A DNA stretch of 64,000 nucleotides. It comes from Patescibacteria group bacterium UBA6017. GTDB taxonomy: Bacteria > Patescibacteriota > Saccharimonadia > UBA4664. The notes beneath the pieces are model-generated. The model saw only the letters and a list, made by a program, of their open reading frames with translations. It made no database searches and was not told the DNA's origin. A program made the translations under genes and the position numbers. Positions 59,047 to 64,000 of the stretch are shown in pieces (within the stretch, counting starts at the first letter, position 1; each line of letters opens with the position of its first letter). The DNA lies in NCBI GenBank assembly GCA_002429485.1, contig DIZX01000015.1, positions 256,197 through 320,196 of the forward strand. Reading direction: 5' to 3'.

Positions 59047-59622
59047 ATGTTCAACCAGACATCCGGCCTCACTTTGGCCGTGTCAACGACTGACTTCAGC
59101 CGGAACTACCCCCACCTCACCGCAGCCCAGCAGGCCGACCCCGAAGCCCTCCGCCCTCTCCTGCGGCTTCCCCGAACCCCGGACCCCGTCGATCCCGACA
59201 ACTTTGCCGAGATGATGGTTCTTCGGGCATCGAGGATCTCCAGGACACTCTGGTCCGCGTTCCGGGGCGACACCGGTCTTGGCTCCGACAACTTCCAGGA
59301 GTGGGAGAGCCTCTCTCTCCCCGACCTGCTGAAGCGCCGCGTCTTCGACGATCAGCGTCTCGAGGACCCCGACGTGATGAAGTCGCTTCTCGCGACTATC
59401 GAGCAAGGGCTGGAGTACCTCGGAACACCTTCCGAGCCGTTCTTCACCCACTGGCACGGAGACTCCGACATGTTCCTCATGCCGATCCGCAACGTCTCCT
59501 CGGGCCAGATCCGTGGCCTGACCCTCGTCCTGGGCTCCAACCCCGAGTTCGACCTCCGCGAGGAGGGCGACGAGGAGGACGCCACCGTCCGAAGCATGTT
59601 GGCCCAACTCAAGGCCGCCTGA
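59047..59622 (+). CDS. Hypothetical protein (191 aa) in a high-GC ORF.
   Basis: ORF 58954..59622. The likely start is MFNQTSGLTLAVS at 59047. G/C at codon position 3 is visibly higher than in neighbouring genes. The antisense ORF 59083..59625 is judged an artefact. Confidence 0.5.
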   Translation: MFNQTSGLTLAVSTTDFSRNYPHLTAAQQADPEALRPLLRLPRTPDPVDPDNFAEMMVLRASRISRTLWSAFRGDTGLGSDNFQEWESLSLPDLLKRRVFDDQRLEDPDVMKSLLATIEQGLEYLGTPSEPFFTHWHGDSDMFLMPIRNVSSGQIRGLTLVLGSNPEFDLREEGDEEDATVRSMLAQLKAA

Positions 59623-59658
59623 CACGATCAGGCCGCCTCAAGCGCCGACTACGCCTTG

Positions 59659-59713
59659 CTGGCAGACCTTCCCCCTTTCGGGGAGAGGGTCTGCCAGCTC
59701 TTTTTATTTTCGA
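59659..59713. terminator. Strong intrinsic terminator between convergent genes.
   Basis: The stem CTGGCAGACC ... GGTCTGCCAG encloses an inner CCCC-tttc-GGGG hairpin and is followed by CTCTTTTTATTTT. Confidence 0.75.
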
Positions 59714-60760
59714 TCAATTATGCCGAAATGGATGCCCGGGCTTATCATTTAGCAACTGGCCAAGAATCTTGGTAATACGCTCATTCGAATCTTCTAGCCT
59801 CAGTTGGTGCTCAGTACCCTCATTCAGCTCCAGCAAGATTTTATCCCGCGCCAGCCTTAGCTCTTCCGCCTTTCGCACTAGTCCCTGCTCATAGAATTCT
59901 CGCTGCAGCACCGCCACGGCCAGGAATATGCCGCTCATGGACAAAATAGCCATGTTCAACAGGGTCACGAACTGTTGCTGTGAAGTTCCGAATCCTGCAA
60001 ATGGCCCGCTGGCGCCCGCCACGCCCGACACCGTGACAACCGAAGCAATCATACTCACCGCCGTCACGCCCAACTGTTTGAACCTAAAGGCCGCCCATAT
60101 AATCAACGGGAAGATCAGATACTCCAGATCGTTACCCTGAGGTTTGAATTGCCAAAACAAAAAGACCACGCCAATTGCTAGTGTACTGAAAAGCAGGGCC
60201 GCAAATTCCTTCCACTGCTTCCGGTCTAACTGCCGCCAAGCATCGTGCCAGACAAACAAGAATGGTGCGAACATCAATACCCCCGCCGTGTCTCCGACCC
60301 ACCAGAGGAGCCATGACGTCCAGAAGGCGCTCCATGGTAACGCGCCGCCGACAATCAGGCTGGTAGTGCCGATTGTTGCCCCCAGCATAGTGCTGAAAAT
60401 GGCTGCACCGACAATCAAGCCAACCACGCTGCCAACATTAGTCAGCGCCGGCCTGAAATGTACTAATCGCCTCAGTATTATGGCACCAAATGCCGCTTCA
60501 ATCGTGCTTCCTATGGCTATTCCTAGCGAGATCCCAGCCGGCTCGTTCGACAACAGGTTCGCCAGCAAAGCTCCAAAGAATACACCGGGCCACACCTTGG
60601 GGCCGTATAAAAATAGTGCCACCAGCGCTAGCGCGGTGGGAGCCCCGACCGTAATAATATTGTGAACAGTCAACGCCAACGACAAGCCGATCATCACGGT
60701 TACAACATAAAGCCCAGTCAGTATCAGCACCGTAAGTAGATATCGTGGCTTTATCTTCAT
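59714..60760 (-). CDS. Polytopic membrane protein with a C-terminal coiled coil (MASE1-like sensor domain, no output domain).
   Basis: ~8 TM segments and a Trp-rich TM region (WTSWLLWWVGD). The C-terminus reads EELRLARDKILLELNEGTEHQLRLE. Confidence 0.4.
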   Translation of the reverse strand: MKIKPRYLLTVLILTGLYVVTVMIGLSLALTVHNIITVGAPTALALVALFLYGPKVWPGVFFGALLANLLSNEPAGISLGIAIGSTIEAAFGAIILRRLVHFRPALTNVGSVVGLIVGAAIFSTMLGATIGTTSLIVGGALPWSAFWTSWLLWWVGDTAGVLMFAPFLFVWHDAWRQLDRKQWKEFAALLFSTLAIGVVFLFWQFKPQGNDLEYLIFPLIIWAAFRFKQLGVTAVSMIASVVTVSGVAGASGPFAGFGTSQQQFVTLLNMAILSMSGIFLAVAVLQREFYEQGLVRKAEELRLARDKILLELNEGTEHQLRLEDSNERITKILGQLLNDKPGHPFRHN

Positions 60761-60825
60761 AGGTCAACAGTAGCACTTCGTATGCCGCCATACAAAGCCG
60801 TTTCTGAGGGGCGGGGGATTCGGGT

Positions 60826-61794
60826 TTAACTATCCGCGTGGCTTGATGAGAAATGCTTGTATATGTCCGCTATCCAGTTTGAATGCAGGGCCCGGGCATC
60901 GGTCACCCACCCCATACTTGGCACCTTAGTGGGGTCATCCGATAGATAGTAGTGCTCCGGAAGCTTATGCCCGCTCGCAAGGTCGCGCCTGTATTCGGCG
61001 TCCAGATCATATTTGTCATATTCGGGGTGTCCTTGTATGAAATAATCATGTCCGCCGGCATCATTCTTGTCTTCCGCGAGCAGCCAGCCAATTTTGTCGT
61101 TTGATGCCAAAACCGATATATTAGCCGCCAACAACGCCTCGGTCGGTACATCGCCCCACCTCGAGTGAGGAGCAACTATGTCATCATTCATATTCAACAC
61201 CATACTGCTCGAGGTGCCATTGGGTACTTTGTGCGCAAAAACCCCAAATATCTTCTCTTCCACCGCAGATCGCTCTAGTCCATATATCGTGTGCAGGGCG
61301 AAGTGGCTCGCCAAACAGGAATATATTGTTGAATAGATATTACTGCGTGCATATCTTATTACTCCCTCTAGCTGCTTGGCGTATCGTATCTGAGAGAAGT
61401 CTAAAAGTTTGTGACCCTTAGCGTTATCCGTCTGATTTAGCTCAAGATTATCACCCGTAATAATTAGCCCGTCTAGACCGATCTCAGCTGCCTGAGAAAA
61501 CGCTTCATAGCGAGATAACTGTTTGGCTCTGCTCCCGCCGTTTCGTTCGCGGTCATCATCATCAAATTTCAATAATATCGGCTCGATCTGCAGCAGGGTA
61601 TGGCTGATATATTTCAGCCATTGTTCCTCGGTTTGCTTCATCACTGCCGCCGGCATTAAATTCAGTAGGCCAATCCGCGCCGGCCGAATGTCTTGCCTGT
61701 TCGCAGCTGCTTCGGAAATCACTGAAGCTCCCTTTTGGCGAAGGTTAAAGAATAGCGGGTCTTGCTTCAATCGATCGGGGATTATGATAGACAT
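60826..61794 (-). CDS. metA: Homoserine O-acyltransferase (MetA/HTS family).
   Basis: IRPARIGLLNLMP, GLIITGDNLE, APHSRWGDVP and GHPEYD parallel the E. coli MetA motifs. Confidence 0.85.
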   Translation of the reverse strand: MSIIIPDRLKQDPLFFNLRQKGASVISEAAANRQDIRPARIGLLNLMPAAVMKQTEEQWLKYISHTLLQIEPILLKFDDDDRERNGGSRAKQLSRYEAFSQAAEIGLDGLIITGDNLELNQTDNAKGHKLLDFSQIRYAKQLEGVIRYARSNIYSTIYSCLASHFALHTIYGLERSAVEEKIFGVFAHKVPNGTSSSMVLNMNDDIVAPHSRWGDVPTEALLAANISVLASNDKIGWLLAEDKNDAGGHDYFIQGHPEYDKYDLDAEYRRDLASGHKLPEHYYLSDDPTKVPSMGWVTDARALHSNWIADIYKHFSSSHADS

Positions 61795-61806
61795 GGATTT
61801 AGCTTA

Positions 61807-62274
61807 TCAGAGAGCCCCATCAATAAGTTGCAGCTTGATTGCGTCAATTAATCCCGGCTCGATATCTCGTACAGCCGTTTTATCGTAGTGATGGGCAAAA
61901 TTCGGGTCCTCAAACACCACACCGTTCACTACCGGTGCCGTTTGGTAACGAGGCCAAATGTGCAGGTGAAGGTGAGGGTCAGGGGAGTCACTTTTGTAGG
62001 CATTATTCATCAGTGCGGTCCAGTTGAAGCAGGTTGCATCAAATACTTTCGTCGCTGTTTCCTCAAACCGCCTGACTACTTCCCCGAGCTCAGCCCACTC
62101 ATCCGGCGTAAGTGAGCTCAAGTGCCCAGCATGGCGCTTCAAATTGACGTACGATCGTCCCAGATACGCTTGGTTTGGAGCCAGATCAACCTTCCAATAC
62201 TTAGTCTCAAACAGGGTGAGATTATCTTGTGCTAAGGCAGAGCAGCTATTGCAGGTCGAGGGCGTGTTATTCAT
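61807..62274 (-). CDS. HIT-family nucleotide hydrolase/transferase.
   Basis: The histidine triad HLHLHIWPR is present. Confidence 0.8.
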   Translation of the reverse strand: MNNTPSTCNSCSALAQDNLTLFETKYWKVDLAPNQAYLGRSYVNLKRHAGHLSSLTPDEWAELGEVVRRFEETATKVFDATCFNWTALMNNAYKSDSPDPHLHLHIWPRYQTAPVVNGVVFEDPNFAHHYDKTAVRDIEPGLIDAIKLQLIDGAL

Positions 62275-62292
62275 GATTCTTAGCCTTACCGG

Positions 62293-62895
62293 TTATCGCT
62301 TTACCTTATGCCGTTTGCTCGCCAGCCAGTCCGGTACTTCGGAGAATCTAACCTCTTCCCAGCCGTCGATTTCTTCTTCAGTAACATCGTAAACTGCCTG
62401 ATAGGCTGGCTCTACGCTCCCGTGAAGGGCCTTTCTTTCATCTAGCCCGAGCTTTTTCGCCGCCTCGTAAAGCGATTTACTATCTTTAGCCTCAAGCTCA
62501 ACGAAGCTAGGTATCCACGGCCAAGAGTCGAGCTCGATTTCAACCGCCCCAAGCTTCCAGCTTTCCCTTTTAGTCTCTTGGAGTGATTTCGACTCGAGAC
62601 CAATCGCGTACAAAAAGGCGCACGTCGCATCGAAATCTGTCACAGTTACCGTTACTTCTTGCGTTCCGTGGAGGGTCCGATCGTTTACCTGCTTGTAGCT
62701 GAGCGTTATTCTCTCGCCTTCATCCCGAACCCTCACCCAGCCGCCAACTTCGCCGAGGCGTTTATCGGGATAATCAAACACCCGACGCACCATTTTTCGT
62801 TCAGGTGCAACCAATTCTGCCCCGGCACTCTTGAGGATATCTCGAAAGGCCACGTGATCGATATTCAGCCACTTAGCTTCTATTTCAGTTTCCAT
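62293..62895 (-). CDS. CYTH-domain protein (triphosphate tunnel metalloenzyme / class IV adenylate cyclase-like).
   Basis: The N-terminal EIEAKW (ExExK) motif is present. The length is 200 aa. Confidence 0.7.
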   Translation of the reverse strand: METEIEAKWLNIDHVAFRDILKSAGAELVAPERKMVRRVFDYPDKRLGEVGGWVRVRDEGERITLSYKQVNDRTLHGTQEVTVTVTDFDATCAFLYAIGLESKSLQETKRESWKLGAVEIELDSWPWIPSFVELEAKDSKSLYEAAKKLGLDERKALHGSVEPAYQAVYDVTEEEIDGWEEVRFSEVPDWLASKRHKVKR

Positions 62896-63189
62896 ATCCA
62901 GTAATATAACAAAAAAGAGGCCCGATAAGGCCTCTTTTTGCTTTATGTCCTTCGGTATGGGGTTGCCGAGTTCACCGCAACCGCTAAAGAACTTACTCGA
63001 TACCTATAGTCACATCATCAACGGGGGCATGGTTATCGGCCATATTCTCCTGTTGGTCATTGCCCGCCGTCTCTGCAGAGTAGGGGGGGTGAACCCACGC
63101 TCCTCGTACCCTGCAACGGGGGCAAAATGTCTTCTATGAATAAGGGGCTCTTCGTGTCCTCCTCATTCCCCGGGCGGAAACTATCCATA

Positions 63190-63549
63190 TTAGTCGTCGG
63201 AGCCGTCGTGGCCCGAGTTGTGACCGCTGTCATTTGACCGAACTTCGGTCGCATCATCGTCAGAGGCCTTAGCCCCATCGTTAATGCGATCTTCTGTTGC
63301 GTTTGTCGGTGTAGCCGCGGGGCTTGCCGTAGCGGTCTCATCTGCTTCTTCGGTCTGGTTCTCATTGGCATCATGGCTGACTGCCTGGTCCTGCGCGTGG
63401 TTGTCCTCGGCGCGAGCCTGGACGCTATGGTCGGCTTGATGGACATCAGCTGCGGCCTTGGTAGCATTTTCAATGCCTGGGTGGGCGAGAGCTACCAGGG
63501 GAAAAGCCAGCGTGGCTGTTGCGATTAACGTAGCGACATATTTCTTCAT
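63190..63549 (-). CDS. Secreted acidic low-complexity protein.
   Basis: The signal peptide MKKYVATLIATATLAFPLVALA is followed by a D/E/T/A-rich region. Confidence 0.5.
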   Translation of the reverse strand: MKKYVATLIATATLAFPLVALAHPGIENATKAAADVHQADHSVQARAEDNHAQDQAVSHDANENQTEEADETATASPAATPTNATEDRINDGAKASDDDATEVRSNDSGHNSGHDGSDD

Positions 63550-63629
63550 ATGAATGGACTCCTTCGTTGTTTACTTCACACAAGATGAAACGGGCGAATT
63601 CGCCATTCGTTACATATTCCAGGCTCAGG

Positions 63630-63881
63630 CTACTTATCTTCGGGGAGTGCAGCAAAGTCCTTCTTGGTCTGAATATACCAGCCCATTCCCGCTATGGGAT
63701 TCTTCCATCGACCCTGCATCAACTTCAAGGCGCTTTGGTGCGAGTCGTCATCTCCTGCGACCATCTCCTTCAAATGAGCATCTTGCGCTTTTATCACTTC
63801 GTCAGCCGTTTTGCCGTGGAATGGGTGATCACACGGGCCGCCCATTTGTTTGCATGTCATTGTCTTCATAGTACTTCTCAC
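63630..63881 (-). CDS. DUF1059-like small protein.
   Basis: MKTMTCKQMGGPCDHPFHGKTADEVIKAQDAHLKEM resembles DUF1059 proteins. Confidence 0.5.
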   Translation of the reverse strand: MRSTMKTMTCKQMGGPCDHPFHGKTADEVIKAQDAHLKEMVAGDDDSHQSALKLMQGRWKNPIAGMGWYIQTKKDFAALPEDK

Positions 63882-64000
63882 TTTCCTTCGCAGTATAACG
63901 CAACAGTACTCATAGTATTAAAGCCTCGATCTGAGGCGTTTGCTCGGAAAATCCATTACACTTATTTCATGAAAGCTAGCAAAAAATTGCACTACCATGC

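Noticed and set aside
59083-59625. Minus-strand 180-aa ORF antisense to the high-GC gene.
   Set aside because: The promoter, Shine-Dalgarno sequence and terminator are all oriented for the plus-strand ORF. The antisense translation is Gly/Val/Glu/Arg-rich as expected for a GC-rich antisense frame.
61795-61806. Possible SAM or Met riboswitch in front of metA.
   Set aside because: Only 12 nt separate metA from the upstream HIT gene. There is no room for a riboswitch, and metA appears to be operon-internal.

Overview
The window is 64 kb of a bacterial chromosome with moderately high GC (roughly 55-60% by eye) and very dense coding. No rRNA, tRNA, CRISPR array, transposase or integrase was recognised.

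The first ~31 kb form a large cell-surface glycan locus:
- Sugar-nucleotide genes: GDP-mannose 4,6-dehydratase (Gmd), an Rmd-like SDR reductase, a cupin sugar-isomerase-like gene, UDP-glucose 6-dehydrogenase (Ugd), UDP-xylose synthase (Uxs) and a mannose-1-phosphate guanylyltransferase (ManC).
- Export and capping: an ABC-2 Wzm/Wzt exporter whose Wzt has a C-terminal carbohydrate-binding extension, next to an FkbM-type methyltransferase.
- Assembly and modification: at least eight GT-B/GT4-type glycosyltransferases, a GtrA/GtrB/GT-C periplasmic glycosylation trio, and three acyltransferase-3 paralogues.
- Surface proteins: several very large secreted or anchored proteins, including a 973-aa protein built from five ~135-aa tandem repeats.

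The remainder is housekeeping and accessory genes: glmS, an AvtA-like aminotransferase, a two-subunit ATP-citrate lyase (aclB-aclA), a GH1 beta-glucosidase, VanW, lexA (carrying an apparent +1 frameshift), a beta-lactamase-family hydrolase, a TadA-like deaminase, a CDF transporter, an ABC-2 exporter, a TspO-containing membrane operon, metA with HIT and CYTH genes, and a PadR regulator.

There are also two RHH+PIN toxin-antitoxin pairs and an edge-truncated Panacea (DUF4065) antitoxin-domain gene.

Points of interest:
- Many genes look leaderless, with a TAnnnT hexamer 5-8 nt before the start codon.
- An unannotated 35-aa six-cysteine peptide ORF lies between glmS and avtA.
- An imperfect direct repeat with a duplicated gene tail flanks a ~2 kb segment.
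- A high-GC ORF sits in a consensus-promoter/terminator cassette.
- A large fusion protein with a HAD domain and a Nudix-like segment follows gmd.

All calls rest on motif-level reading of the supplied translations and raw sequence; no database search was possible.
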